Counted from the first letter of the stretch, positions 45,731 through 55,973 are shown. The stretch is 64,000 bases of DNA from Gallionella sp. (GCA_044230015.1 JBGARW010000001.1:18205-82204); one strand, 5' to 3'. Numbers and translations are program-made. Notes: generated by a model from the letters alone, not told the origin.

Positions 45731-47617
45731 ATGCTGCAGCTGCCCGATATCATGCGCCTGCCGGAAGAATACCTGACCGTAACCCTCATACCCGCGCTGA
45801 AGGCATTGCGCGCTGCCGCAATCTCGATGGAGCATGAATACCGCGAAGCGCTGCAATGCGTGGTTCCCGCATACCGGCACAGCGCAAGAAACCTGCTGCA
45901 TTACCTCGCGTTGCGCCAGGGCGATATGCGCGATTTGCAACGCGACCTGGCGCTGCTCGGCCTGAGCCGCCTTGGGCATGCCGAAGCGCACGTGCTGGGC
46001 AGCATCGATGCGGTGCTGGATGCGTTGCACGCGCTGGCTGGGCAGCGCATGCCGCGTACCGGCGATGCGGTGACCGCCATCAATCTCAGGAACGGCGCAA
46101 CGCATCTCAGCGCCCATGCCCATGCCTTGCTCGGGCAGCCTTGTTCCAGGCACGCGACCCGCATCATGGTGACGATGCCCTCTGAAGCGGCAACCGACGC
46201 GCGTCTGGTGCATGACCTGCTGGCGGCTGGCATGAACATCATGCGCATCAATTGCGCGCATGACGGGCCGGATGCCTGGCTCGCCATGGTACGCAACCTG
46301 CGTGCCGCAGAGCAGGAGTTGGGGCTGGCATGCAAAATATACGCCGACCTTCCCGGCCCCAAGCTGCGCACCGGTGCGATACGCGCGATCGGGCGCCTGG
46401 TCGAATGCAAGGTCAGGCGCGACGCATGGGGACGCGTCACCGCGCCAGCCAGAGTGTGGCTGACGCCAGCCAGCCGCCAGGAAGCCGCCGCGTTTCCAGT
46501 CGACGCCGTGTTGCCCATGGATGAAATCCTGCTGGCCGCTGCGCGTTCCGGTGACGCCATCGAGGTGGAAGACGCGCGCGGCTCGACGCGCACCCTGCTG
46601 GCAAAAGAGAAGTTCGGTCATTCATGGCTGGCGCATTGCCAGCAACATGCTTTTTTTGCCGAAGGGGCGGGCTGCCGGCTGCAGCGCAACGGCAACCTGC
46701 TGGTGCAGGCCAAGGTTGGCGCGCTGCCGGAAGTTTTTCAGCCCATCATGCTCAAGGCCGGCGACGATCTGGTTCTGACGCGCGACGCTCAACCCGGTAT
46801 GCAGGCGCAGTACGATGAGGGGGGCAAGCTGCTCCATCCGGCCTTCATCCCCTGCACGCTGGAGGCCGCATTCGATGCGGTCGAGGCAGGGCAGCCGGTC
46901 TGGTTCGACGACGGCAAGATCGGCGGCGAGGTGCTATCGAACGACGGCGTGTCGATTGCCGTGCGCATCACGCAGGCCGCGCCGCAAGGCAGCAAGCTGC
47001 GCGCCGAGAAGGGCATCAACCTGCCGGAAACCGACCTCGGCATTCCGGCGCTGACCGAAACCGATGCGGCGGCTCTGCGCGTGCTGGCGCCGCATATCGA
47101 CCTGGTGGGATTGTCGTTCGTACGCACGCCTGACGATGTGCTGGCGCTGCATCGCGAGCTGCATGAGATCGGTGCGGACAACCTGGGCACGATACTCAAG
47201 ATAGAGACGCGCCGCGCGTTCGAAAACCTGCCGATGATCCTATTGGCCAGTCTTTGCCGCCCACCCGCCGGCGTCATGGTGGCGCGCGGCGACCTTGCGG
47301 TGGAGATCGGTTTCGAGCGCCTGGCCGAAGTGCAGGAAGAAATACTCTGGCTGTGCGAAGCGGCGCATATCCCGGTGATCTGGGCGACCCAGGTACTGGA
47401 GAGCATGGCCAAGAACGGTGTCCCTTCGCGCGCCGAAGTGTCAGATGCCGCGCTGGCCATCCGCGCCGAATGCGTCATGCTGAACAAGGGGCCGTATATC
47501 GTGGAGACGGTGTGCTTCCTGGGCGGCGTACTGGAGCGCATGAGCGGCCATCAGTCCAAATCGAGGTCAACCATGCGCCGCCTGTCGGTTTCGCACATAC
47601 CGAAAATGGCGCAATGA
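45731..47617 (+). CDS. atypical long pyruvate-kinase-family protein with an N-terminal extension and no recognisable C-terminal allosteric domain
   Basis: ATG at 45731; the track gives a TTG at 45701. PK barrel motifs are present: TRIMVTMPSEA, MNIMRINCAHDG, DLPGPKLRTG, KIETRRA, MVARGDLAVE, ATQVLESM, PSRAEVSDAA. About 160 aa precede the first PK motif. Confidence 0.75.
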   Translation: MLQLPDIMRLPEEYLTVTLIPALKALRAAAISMEHEYREALQCVVPAYRHSARNLLHYLALRQGDMRDLQRDLALLGLSRLGHAEAHVLGSIDAVLDALHALAGQRMPRTGDAVTAINLRNGATHLSAHAHALLGQPCSRHATRIMVTMPSEAATDARLVHDLLAAGMNIMRINCAHDGPDAWLAMVRNLRAAEQELGLACKIYADLPGPKLRTGAIRAIGRLVECKVRRDAWGRVTAPARVWLTPASRQEAAAFPVDAVLPMDEILLAAARSGDAIEVEDARGSTRTLLAKEKFGHSWLAHCQQHAFFAEGAGCRLQRNGNLLVQAKVGALPEVFQPIMLKAGDDLVLTRDAQPGMQAQYDEGGKLLHPAFIPCTLEAAFDAVEAGQPVWFDDGKIGGEVLSNDGVSIAVRITQAAPQGSKLRAEKGINLPETDLGIPALTETDAAALRVLAPHIDLVGLSFVRTPDDVLALHRELHEIGADNLGTILKIETRRAFENLPMILLASLCRPPAGVMVARGDLAVEIGFERLAEVQEEILWLCEAAHIPVIWATQVLESMAKNGVPSRAEVSDAALAIRAECVMLNKGPYIVETVCFLGGVLERMSGHQSKSRSTMRRLSVSHIPKMAQ

Positions 47618-47628
47618 CCTGATCGCGG

Positions 47629-47997
47629 TTATCCCCAGAGCACCAACCCCCAGACTACCGCCACATTGACCAGGCTGACCAGCACGGCGGCGCTGCCGAT
47701 GTCCTTGGCGCGCTTGGCGAGATTGTGGCTGTCCAGCGAGATGCGGTCCACTGCGGCTTCGACGGCTGAATTCAGCAGTTCGACCATCAGCACCAACAGC
47801 ACGCTGGCGATCATCAATGCCTTGCCAAGGCCGGCAACCGGCAGCCACATCGCCAGGGGAATCAGCAGCGCGGCAAGCAGGACTTCCTGGCGAAAGGCGT
47901 CTTCATGCCGGTATGCGGCGCGAAATCCGTCCAGCGAATAACCGAACGCATTCCACAAACGCCGCAAACCCGTCTTGCCTTTATATGGACTTTCCAC
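47629..47997 (-). CDS. dgkA: diacylglycerol kinase (DgkA family)
   Basis: A GTG start at 47997 gives about 122 aa beginning VESPYKGKTGLRRLWNAFGYS. It has the motif ELLNSAVEAAVDRI and 3 TM segments. The start choice is tentative. Confidence 0.85.
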   Translation of the reverse strand: MESPYKGKTGLRRLWNAFGYSLDGFRAAYRHEDAFRQEVLLAALLIPLAMWLPVAGLGKALMIASVLLVLMVELLNSAVEAAVDRISLDSHNLAKRAKDIGSAAVLVSLVNVAVVWGLVLWG

Positions 47998-48015
47998 TGG
48001 GCAACCCCTGAAATG

Positions 48016-48043
48016 ACTCGACCCGCGATTGTGCGGGTCGAGT
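48016..48043 (-). terminator. stem-loop between the STAS-like gene and dgkA
   Basis: ACTCGACCCGC, loop GATTGT, GCGGGTCGAGT: an 11-bp perfect stem. There is no strong U-run, so it may be a processing or attenuating hairpin rather than a terminator. Confidence 0.4.
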
Positions 48044-48076
48044 ATGACAACAGTGTTGCAGGCCTCCGGGGATGTC

Positions 48077-48424
48077 TCAGGCCGCCACCCAGGCCTGCGC
48101 CTCATCGTAGTCCGTGAACACCCGGATATCGGCGTCGATGAACAGGCGCGACAGCCATGCCTGCCAGGTGAGCCACTGGTCGTCGGTGACCACCGCGATC
48201 TTGCTGAAATCGTGGTTGTGTTCGCGGCTGAAGAACTTGATCTCCTCCCACGCCACGTCCACGGTGTAATCGATCATCGCACGCAGGTCGAACAGCAGGT
48301 TCACCGTGCCGGGCGACTGGAGCTTGTACAGCGACTGCTCCTCGAAGGTCTTGAAGTCGGCCAGGGTGAATTCGCCGAGCACGGCGGCGTTGACGAGGTT
48401 GTCGGTTTGTTCGATGGTGATCAT
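48077..48424 (-). CDS. small STAS/SpoIIAA-like (DUF3478-type) protein
   Basis: 115 aa beginning MITIEQTDNLVNAAVLGEFTLADFKTFEE. This is the in-frame C-terminal part of the 430-aa track ORF, whose upstream part is an out-of-frame shadow of the EamA gene. Confidence 0.65.
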   Translation of the reverse strand: MITIEQTDNLVNAAVLGEFTLADFKTFEEQSLYKLQSPGTVNLLFDLRAMIDYTVDVAWEEIKFFSREHNHDFSKIAVVTDDQWLTWQAWLSRLFIDADIRVFTDYDEAQAWVAA

Positions 48425-48441
48425 TTCCTTGGTTTTCCTTA

Positions 48442-49281
48442 TCAATGCTTTGGACTCAAGCGCAAGCTTAACACACCGCTGGCGATGATGAACGCCATGC
48501 CCAGCCAGCTGGCCAGGCCCAGGGTCTCGTCCCACAGCAGCATGCCGAACAGGCTGGCGAACACGATGGTGCTGTAGGCCAGGCTGCCGACCACCAGCGT
48601 CCGCCCGGTGCGGTAGGCGCGCGTCATGGCGAGTTGCGCAAGGGTGGCGGAGCCGCCCAGCCCGAGCAGGATCGCGAAGCCCCCGGGCGTGACCGCATGC
48701 ACGGCGTCGAACAGCATCCAGACGCCGCTGCCGAGGGTGGCGATCAGGCTGAAATACAACACGGTGCGCGCGTCCGGCTCGCCGATCAGGGCGAGCTGTT
48801 TGACGTTGAGGTAGGCGACCCCGGCGAGGAAGCCGGAGATCAGGCCGAGCAGGCCGGGCAGCAGTTGTTCGCGTTCCAGCGTCGGCTGCAGCAGCAACAC
48901 CACGCCGCAGAACCCCAGCGCGATGGCGGCAGTAAGCGACAAGTGGAACCTGTCCTTGAACACCAGCATGGTGAGGAGGGTGAGGAACAGCGGCGCGGTG
49001 TAGTTGAGCGTGACGGCGGTGGCGAGCGGCAGCACGGTGATGCAGTAGAAGAACAGCGCGAGGGCCACCGAACCGGAGATGCCGCGCCATAGGTGGTTGC
49101 GCCAGTACCGTGTGGCAACACCGACGTGTTGCTGGCGCATGATGCCGTACACCAGCAGCAGGCCGAAGAACGAGCGGTAGAACACCAGTTCGATATATGA
49201 GAAATGCGCTGCGCCGAGCTTGACGAACACGCCCATCAGGCCGAACAGTAGTCCGGCGACCAGCATCCATGAAGACCTCAT
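48442..49281 (-). CDS. EamA/DMT-family transporter
   Basis: 279 aa with 10 hydrophobic segments arranged as two EamA halves. Confidence 0.85.
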   Translation of the reverse strand: MRSSWMLVAGLLFGLMGVFVKLGAAHFSYIELVFYRSFFGLLLVYGIMRQQHVGVATRYWRNHLWRGISGSVALALFFYCITVLPLATAVTLNYTAPLFLTLLTMLVFKDRFHLSLTAAIALGFCGVVLLLQPTLEREQLLPGLLGLISGFLAGVAYLNVKQLALIGEPDARTVLYFSLIATLGSGVWMLFDAVHAVTPGGFAILLGLGGSATLAQLAMTRAYRTGRTLVVGSLAYSTIVFASLFGMLLWDETLGLASWLGMAFIIASGVLSLRLSPKH

Positions 49282-49441
49282 GGGAGCCTGTCCATAAGCG
49301 GTTCCTTGGTGTGTGGCATTCCGTGAAAGCGGCAGAAAGGGGCGCGGATTCTCCCCGAATTTCCCGCATGGGGCAACATTAAAGTGGCTCAGTCATGGCG
49401 GGTTGGGTAAAATGGCGGCCTTTCGCAACACAGAGATGTCT

Positions 49442-49684
49442 ATGGCCGGTAAAGCGCAAAAGAACATTGATTTCGAGTCGGCCATGGCCGAGCTGGAGAA
49501 GATCGTCGCCGACATGGAAGCGGGCAAGCTGTCGCTGGAGGATTCGCTGGCGGCCTACCAGCGCGGCGCGGAACTTCTGGCGTTCTGCCGCGGCCGTCTC
49601 GAGAGCGCACAGCAGCAGGTGAGCGTGCTGGAGAACGGCGTGCTGAAGGATTTTTCCGCCAGTGGCGAAGCAGGGCAGAGCTGA
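49442..49684 (+). CDS. xseB: exodeoxyribonuclease VII small subunit
   Basis: About 80 aa beginning [42 protein letters not shown]. The xseB-ispA-dxs order is conserved. Confidence 0.9.
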   Translation: MAGKAQKNIDFESAMAELEKIVADMEAGKLSLEDSLAAYQRGAELLAFCRGRLESAQQQVSVLENGVLKDFSASGEAGQS

Positions 49685-50574
49685 TGAGCGTTGATTTCCA
49701 GGGCTGGGTCGCCGCCCATCAGGCGCGCTTCGAGGAGGTGTTGCGCAAGCTGTTGCCGCGTGCCGACATCGCGCCGCAGCGCCTGCACGAGGCGATGCGC
49801 TACGCGGTGCTGGACGGCGGCAAGCGCGTGCGCCCGCTGCTGGCGTTCGCCGCGGGCGAACTGGCCGGAGCGGAAGGAGCGCGGATGGATGTCGCCGCCG
49901 CTTCTGTCGAGCTGATCCACGCCTATTCGCTGGTGCACGACGACATGCCGTGCATGGACGACGACGTGCTGCGCCGCGGCAAGCCGACCTGCCATGTGCA
50001 ATACGACGAGGCGACCGCGCTGCTGGTCGGCGACGCGCTGCAGACGCTGGCGTTCCAGTTGCTTGCGGAGCACCGCCTGAACGACGACGCGGCGCGCCAG
50101 CTGGAGATGGTCAGGCTGCTCGCGGCGGCGTCCGGTTCGCGCGGCATGGCCGGCGGGCAGGCGATCGACCTGGCCAGCGTCGGCAAGTCGCTCACGCTCC
50201 CCGAACTGGAATTCATGCACATCCACAAGACCGGCGCGCTGATCCGTGCCGCCGTGTTGCTGGGCGCGCATTGCGGGTCGGTCTCTGCGGCACAACTGGA
50301 CAGGCTGGATCATTTCGGCAAGCTGATCGGCCTCGCGTTCCAGGTGGTGGACGACGTACTGGATTGCGAGGCGGACACCGCGACGCTGGGCAAGACCGCG
50401 GGCAAGGACGCGGATAACGACAAGCCGACCTATGTCAGCCTGCTGGGCATCCAGGGCGCGCGCGACATGGCGCAGCGCCTGCACCGCGAGGCGCTGGAGA
50501 CTTTGGTTGGGTTCGGCGATGTGGCGCAGCGGTTGCGCGAACTGGCCGATTTCATCGTATTGCGGAAATTCTGA
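49684..50574 (+). CDS. ispA: farnesyl diphosphate synthase
   Basis: 296 aa with [16 protein letters not shown] and [13 protein letters not shown]. Confidence 0.95.
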   Translation: MSVDFQGWVAAHQARFEEVLRKLLPRADIAPQRLHEAMRYAVLDGGKRVRPLLAFAAGELAGAEGARMDVAAASVELIHAYSLVHDDMPCMDDDVLRRGKPTCHVQYDEATALLVGDALQTLAFQLLAEHRLNDDAARQLEMVRLLAAASGSRGMAGGQAIDLASVGKSLTLPELEFMHIHKTGALIRAAVLLGAHCGSVSAAQLDRLDHFGKLIGLAFQVVDDVLDCEADTATLGKTAGKDADNDKPTYVSLLGIQGARDMAQRLHREALETLVGFGDVAQRLRELADFIVLRKF

Positions 50575-52436
50575 TGTATTCGCTGCTTGACACCATCGAT
50601 TCTCCCGAAGATCTGCGCAAGCTGGAACGCGCGCAGTTGGCGCAACTCGCCGGCGAGCTGCGCCGTTTCCTTATCGAGTCGGTGAGCAAGACCGGCGGGC
50701 ATCTGTCTTCCAACCTCGGCACGGTCGAGCTGACCATCGCATTGCATTACATCTACCACACCCCGGACGACCGCCTGGTATGGGATGTGGGACACCAGAC
50801 CTATACGCACAAGATACTCACCGGGCGGCGCGAGGCGATGAGCCGGCTGCGCATGGCGGGCGGTATCGCCGGTTTCCCCAGGCGCGACGAGAGTCCCTAC
50901 GACGCCTTCGGCACCGGGCATTCCAGCACCTCGATCTCGGCGGCGCTGGGCATGGCGGTGGCGGCGCAACTGGAAGGTTCGGGGCGGCACGCGGTGGCGA
51001 TCATCGGCGACGGCGCGCTGACTGGCGGGATGGCCTTCGAGGCGCTCAACAACGCCGGCGCGCGCGATGCCAACCTGCTGGTCATCCTGAATGACAACGA
51101 CATGTCCATTTCGCAGCCGGTCGGCGCGCTGAACAATTACCTGGCCAGGCTGATGTCGGGGCGCTTCTATGCGGCGATGCGGCGCGGCAGCGAGAAGATG
51201 CTCAAGGGTATGCCGCCGGTGCTGGAGTTCGCCAAGCGTGCCGAGGAGCACGTCAAGGGCATGGTGACCCCCGGCACGTTGTTCGAGGAATTCGGCTTCA
51301 ACTACATCGGGCCGATCGACGGGCACGACCTGGATGTGCTGCTGGACACGCTGGGCAACATCCGCAAGCTCGACGGCCCGCAGTTCCTCCATGTCGTCAC
51401 GCAGAAGGGCAAGGGCTACGCGCATGCCGAACGGGACAGCGTGCTGTACCACGGCGTGAGCAAGTTCGACCCGGTCAACGGCATCGCCCCTGCCAAGTGC
51501 AACGCCGGGGAGGAGGCAGGCAGGCTCACCTATGCCGGGATATTCGGAAAATGGCTGTGCGACATGGCGGCGCAGGACGAAAAGCTGGTCGGCATCACGC
51601 CGGCGATGTGCGAAGGCTCGGGAATGGCGGAGTTCGCCCGGGGCTTCCCGGAGCGCTATTTCGATGTCGGCATCGCCGAACAGCACGCGCTGACGTTCGC
51701 CGCCGGCCTGGCTTGCGACGGCTACAAGCCGGTGGTGGCGATCTATTCGACCTTCCTGCAGCGCGCCTACGACCAGTTGATCCACGATATCGCCCTGCAG
51801 AACCTGCCGGTGGTGCTGGCCATCGACCGCGGCGGGCTGGTCGGCGCGGACGGTGCGACCCACGCGGGCAGCTTCGACCTTTCCTGCCTGCGCTGCATTC
51901 CCAACATGACGGTGATGGCGCCCGCCGATGAGGACGAATGCCGCCAGATGCTCTACACCGCATACCGGTTGGGCACGCCGAGCGCGGTGCGTTATCCGCG
52001 CGGCTGCGGCCCCGGCGCGGCGGTCAGCGGCGAGATGCGCGCCCTGCCGGTCGGCAAGGGCGAGGTGCGGCGCAGCGGTCGCAAGGTGGCGATCCTGGCG
52101 TTCGGCACGATGCTCGCCCCGGCATTGGCGGCCGCCGAACAACTGGATGCAACGGTCGCCAACATGCGCTTCGTCAAGCCGCTGGATGCCGGATTGGTGC
52201 TGCGCCTGGCAAGCGAGCACGAACTGCTGGTCACGGTCGAGGAAAACACCGTGCAGGGCGGTGCGGGGAGTGCGGTGGCGGAATGCCTGCAACAGCATGG
52301 CATCGCCGTGCCGCTGCTGCACCTCGGTTTGCCGGATGCTTTCCTCGAACAGGGTGAACACATGCAGATGCTGGCGGATTGCGGCCTGGACGCGAATGGA
52401 CTGGCCGCGGGCATCAGGAAAAGATTGAACGGCTGA
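50574..52436 (+). CDS. dxs: 1-deoxy-D-xylulose-5-phosphate synthase
   Basis: 620 aa with the motifs [14 protein letters not shown] and [15 protein letters not shown]. Confidence 0.96.
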   Translation: MYSLLDTIDSPEDLRKLERAQLAQLAGELRRFLIESVSKTGGHLSSNLGTVELTIALHYIYHTPDDRLVWDVGHQTYTHKILTGRREAMSRLRMAGGIAGFPRRDESPYDAFGTGHSSTSISAALGMAVAAQLEGSGRHAVAIIGDGALTGGMAFEALNNAGARDANLLVILNDNDMSISQPVGALNNYLARLMSGRFYAAMRRGSEKMLKGMPPVLEFAKRAEEHVKGMVTPGTLFEEFGFNYIGPIDGHDLDVLLDTLGNIRKLDGPQFLHVVTQKGKGYAHAERDSVLYHGVSKFDPVNGIAPAKCNAGEEAGRLTYAGIFGKWLCDMAAQDEKLVGITPAMCEGSGMAEFARGFPERYFDVGIAEQHALTFAAGLACDGYKPVVAIYSTFLQRAYDQLIHDIALQNLPVVLAIDRGGLVGADGATHAGSFDLSCLRCIPNMTVMAPADEDECRQMLYTAYRLGTPSAVRYPRGCGPGAAVSGEMRALPVGKGEVRRSGRKVAILAFGTMLAPALAAAEQLDATVANMRFVKPLDAGLVLRLASEHELLVTVEENTVQGGAGSAVAECLQQHGIAVPLLHLGLPDAFLEQGEHMQMLADCGLDANGLAAGIRKRLNG

Positions 52437-52491
52437 ACCTGCCCGTATTGTTTACAATCCCGCACACCCGCAACCCGAGAGGAGCCTCTCC

Positions 52492-53298
52492 ATGAATGCC
52501 GCCAAACCCAGGCCCATCGCTGATGTGCAAAACTCGCCCGATATACGCCATCTGGCGATCAACCGCGTCGGCATCAAGGGTATCCGCCATCCGGTGAAGG
52601 TGAAGGACCAGAGCATCGGCGTGCAGCACACGGTCGCCACGTTCAACATGTACGTGCATCTGCCGCACAATTTCAAGGGCACGCACATGTCGCGCTTCGT
52701 CGAGATACTCAACGAGCACGAGCGCGAGATCTCCGTGGAGTCGTTCGGCAGCATCCTGCGCGAGATGGTGGCGCGGCTGGAAGCGCAATCCGGCTTCATC
52801 GAGATGAACTTTCCCTATTTCGTCAACAAGACCGCGCCGGTGTCCGGCGTGAAAAGCATGCTGGATTACGACGTGACGTTCATCGGCGAATGCAACGGCG
52901 GGGATCCGCGCTTCACGATGAAGGTGGTCGTGCCCGTCACCAGCCTGTGCCCCTGCTCGAAGAAGATCTCCGAGCGCGGCGCGCACAACCAGCGTTCGCA
53001 CGTCACGCTCACGCTGCGCACCAACCGCTTCGTCTGGGTCGAGGAGGTGATACGCATCGCCGAGGAGCAGGCGTCGTGCGAACTGTTCGGCCTGCTGAAA
53101 CGGCCCGATGAGAAATTCGTCACGGAGCATGCCTACGACAATCCAAAATTCGTCGAGGACATGGTGCGCGACGTGGCTGCCGTGCTGAATGCCGACGATC
53201 GTGTCGATGCCTACATCGTCGAGTCTGAAAATTTCGAGTCCATCCATAATCATTCCGCCTATGCGTTGATTGAACGTGACAAGACACAGGAAAAGTAA
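52492..53298 (+). CDS. folE2: GTP cyclohydrolase I type 2 (FolE2/MptA family)
   Basis: 268 aa with the motifs [14 protein letters not shown] and [19 protein letters not shown]. Confidence 0.9.
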   Translation: MNAAKPRPIADVQNSPDIRHLAINRVGIKGIRHPVKVKDQSIGVQHTVATFNMYVHLPHNFKGTHMSRFVEILNEHEREISVESFGSILREMVARLEAQSGFIEMNFPYFVNKTAPVSGVKSMLDYDVTFIGECNGGDPRFTMKVVVPVTSLCPCSKKISERGAHNQRSHVTLTLRTNRFVWVEEVIRIAEEQASCELFGLLKRPDEKFVTEHAYDNPKFVEDMVRDVAAVLNADDRVDAYIVESENFESIHNHSAYALIERDKTQEK

Positions 53299-53353
53299 TG
53301 CAGGAAAGCGACGACATGAACTCGAAACTACAATCTGACTCCTGAATCCTGAC

Positions 53354-54070
53354 ATGAAACCCATCGCCATTTTCCGCCATGCACCCCAGGAAGGCCCCGG
53401 CTACCTGGCCGAGTTCTTCGACGAGCGGCTGCTGCCGTGGGAGTTGATCGCCATCGACGCGGGCGATGCCGTGCCGCGTTCCGCAGAGGCTTATTCCGGA
53501 CTGGTGTTCATGGGCGGGCCGATGAGCGTCAACGACGACCTGCCGTGGATCCCGCCGGCACTGGCGCTGATCCGCGAGGCGGTGGCCGGCGACATCCCCG
53601 TGCTGGGGCATTGCCTCGGCGGGCAGCTGATCTCGAAGGCATTGGGCGGCACGGTATCGCGCAATCCGGTCAAGGAGATCGGCTGGGGCGATGTGACGAC
53701 GGCGGACAACGATGCCGCGCGCAGCTGGTTCGGAGAGCTGCGGCATTTCAATGCCTTCCACTGGCACGGCGAGACCTTCACGCTGCCGCAAGGCGCGACG
53801 CTTCTGCTGTCCAGCGCCCATTGTGCCAACCAGGCCTGGGCCATCGGCAGGCACCTCGCGCTGCAATGCCATGTCGAGATGACCGCGGAGATGATCGTTG
53901 ACTGGTGCGAGGTTGGCGCGGAAGAGATACTCGCCAGCCGGAGCAGCCCGGCGGTGCAATCCGCCGGCGCGATGCAGCAGCGGATGACGGACGAATTGCC
54001 GCGCCTGCGGGAAGTCGCGGCGCGGCTCTATACCAGGTGGATCGGCGGGCTTCCCGGCAGCCGGGATTAG
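53354..54070 (+). CDS. class I glutamine amidotransferase-like protein
   Basis: 238 aa with the nucleophile elbow GHCLGGQL and FHWHGETF. Confidence 0.85.
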   Translation: MKPIAIFRHAPQEGPGYLAEFFDERLLPWELIAIDAGDAVPRSAEAYSGLVFMGGPMSVNDDLPWIPPALALIREAVAGDIPVLGHCLGGQLISKALGGTVSRNPVKEIGWGDVTTADNDAARSWFGELRHFNAFHWHGETFTLPQGATLLLSSAHCANQAWAIGRHLALQCHVEMTAEMIVDWCEVGAEEILASRSSPAVQSAGAMQQRMTDELPRLREVAARLYTRWIGGLPGSRD

Positions 54071-54178
54071 CCGGGCTCCGGCATATTGACCGTGCACCGG
54101 GTACAGGTTAAGGTGCGCCGCGGGGCGTGATGTACCCATCCCCGTCGATTCACCGCCACCAACTCCAAGGAGGTTCCC

Positions 54179-54517
54179 ATGAAGAAGACGATCGTGCTGG
54201 CTTGTCTGGGTCTTGCATTCACCGTTTCCGCCCCGGCATTCGCCGCCGGCGAGAAGATGAAGGGTTGCAGCAAGGAAGCGACAGGCATGAAGGGCGATGA
54301 ACGCAAGGCGTTCATGAAGAAATGCCTGTCCAGGGATTATGTGTTGAAAGCCGATGCGGCGACCCCGGCGAAGCCAGCCGCTCCGGCAACTCCGGCAACT
54401 CCCGCGGCCCCGTCTGCACAGCAGGACAAGATGAAAAGATGCAATGTCGACGCAAGGGCCAAGGGGCTGAAGGACGACGAGCGCAAGAGGTTCATGAGCT
54501 CCTGCCTGAAAGGCTAG
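54179..54517 (+). CDS. psiF: PsiF-family (phosphate-starvation-inducible) periplasmic protein
   Basis: 112 aa with a signal peptide ending ...APAFA. The motif K(M/R)C...A...(G/L)KGDERK.FM..CL appears twice. Confidence 0.85.
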   Translation: MKKTIVLACLGLAFTVSAPAFAAGEKMKGCSKEATGMKGDERKAFMKKCLSRDYVLKADAATPAKPAAPATPATPAAPSAQQDKMKRCNVDARAKGLKDDERKRFMSSCLKG

Positions 54518-54626
54518 GCGTTCATATCGCACCGCGAGCGCGCCGCAAGGCGCGTTCTTCGCAGGTCCACGCGGTGTATAATCCGCGCTCTTTTGCGCGG
54601 CCGTGCCGCATATTCCCCGTTAATTC

Positions 54627-55973
54627 ATGATCAAAAAACTCCTCAAGCGCGTATTCCGCAGATCGGCGAAAGTCAGGTCGTCCGGAAATGCCCAAGTGAT
54701 CCCGTTCGAACTGCATGGCGTGGCCCGCGAGCAGATCAGCTACGGCGCGCGGAAAGTCACCGACGGCCTGCAGGCGGCCGGCTACCAGGCCTATGTGGTG
54801 GGCGGCGCGGTGCGCGACCTGCTGCTGGGCCGCGCGCCCAAGGATTTCGATATTGCGACCGACGCCACGCCGGAGGAGGTGCGCCGCGTGTTCCGCCGTT
54901 CGCGCATCATCGGGCGGCGCTTCCGCCTGGTGCATGTGATGTTCGGCGAGGAGGTGGTCGAGGTCTCCACCTTCCGCAGCATGATCGAAGCCGAAGACGC
55001 GCAGACCGACGAGCACGGCCGCCTGCTGCGCGACAACCAGTTCGGCGACCAGGAGCAGGACGCGGCGCGCCGCGATTTCACCGCCAACGCGCTGTTCTAC
55101 GATCCGGCCACCCAGGAGATCCACGACTATCACAACGGTCATGCCGATACCCGCAAACATCTGCTGCGCATGATCGGCGATCCCGCGACGCGCTACCGCG
55201 AAGACCCGGTGCGCATGCTGCGCGCGGTGCGTTTGTCCGCCAAGCTGGGATTCCGGCTGGATGCGGCAACTGCCGCGCCGATCGGCGAGATGAAGGATCT
55301 GCTCGACAACGTGCCGCAGTCGCGCCTGCTCGATGAAGTATTGAAGATGCTGCTGTCCGGCCATTCGGTGGAGTGCATCCAGCAGTTGCGCAAGATGGAT
55401 CTGCACCACGGTCTGCTGCCGTTGCTGGACGTGATCTTGGAGCAGCCGATGGGCGAGAAATTCGTCATGCTGGCGTTGCGCAACACCGACGAGCGTCTCG
55501 GCCAGGACAAGACGGTCTCGCCGGCGTTCCTGTTCGCCGCGCTGCTCTGGCATGAGGTGCTGGCAGCGTGGAATTCGCGCGTGCAGCAGGGCGAGCGTCC
55601 GGTGGGGGCGATGCATGAGGCGATGGACGAGGTGCTCGGCAGGCAGAAGGCGCAACTTGCCATCCCGCATCGCCATGACGCGGTGATGAAGGAGATATGG
55701 CTGTTGCAGCAACGCTTCGAGCAACGCGGCGGACAGCGCCCGTTCCGTTTGCTGGAGCAGCCGCGTTTCCGTGCCGGTTTCGACTTCCTGCTGTTGCGTT
55801 GCGCCAGCGGCGAAGTGGACCCTGAGCTCGGGCTATGGTGGGATGAATTCCAGGACGCCAGTGCCGAACGGCGTCTGGAGATGCTGCAACCGGAATGGGC
55901 CGGAGACAAGAAACGCCGCCGCAGGCCGCGCAGGAAGCCGGGAGCTGCCGCAGCGGAAGATCCGGCGGCATAA
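54627..55973 (+). CDS. pcnB: poly(A) polymerase I
   Basis: 448 aa with the motif GGAVRDLLLGRAPKDFDIAT and a basic C-terminal tail. Confidence 0.94.
   Translation: MIKKLLKRVFRRSAKVRSSGNAQVIPFELHGVAREQISYGARKVTDGLQAAGYQAYVVGGAVRDLLLGRAPKDFDIATDATPEEVRRVFRRSRIIGRRFRLVHVMFGEEVVEVSTFRSMIEAEDAQTDEHGRLLRDNQFGDQEQDAARRDFTANALFYDPATQEIHDYHNGHADTRKHLLRMIGDPATRYREDPVRMLRAVRLSAKLGFRLDAATAAPIGEMKDLLDNVPQSRLLDEVLKMLLSGHSVECIQQLRKMDLHHGLLPLLDVILEQPMGEKFVMLALRNTDERLGQDKTVSPAFLFAALLWHEVLAAWNSRVQQGERPVGAMHEAMDEVLGRQKAQLAIPHRHDAVMKEIWLLQQRFEQRGGQRPFRLLEQPRFRAGFDFLLLRCASGEVDPELGLWWDEFQDASAERRLEMLQPEWAGDKKRRRRPRRKPGAAAAEDPAA

Noticed and set aside
45583-45789. 68-aa minus-strand ORF in the GT4 / PK-like divergent region
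   Set aside because: It has no SD and no recognisable motif. It overlaps the GT4 start and the PK-like start region, so it is most likely spurious.
48077-49369. 430-aa ORF treated as a single gene
   Set aside because: Only the last 115 codons (48077-48424) look like a real STAS-like protein. The upstream part is an Arg/Ala/Pro-rich out-of-frame overlap of the EamA transporter gene (48442-49281), which has proper TM periodicity.
52447-52458. Palindrome ATTGT-TT-ACAAT 34 nt upstream of folE2 as a Zur box, and its resemblance to ATTGTT-T-AACAAT (37390) and AAACAATTGTTT (5435)
   Set aside because: FolE2 is Zur-regulated in several bacteria, but this 5-2-5 palindrome is short and does not match the Zur consensus sequences I know. 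The three ATTGT-type palindromes have different spacing, so a common regulator is unsupported. It would need a genome-wide motif search.
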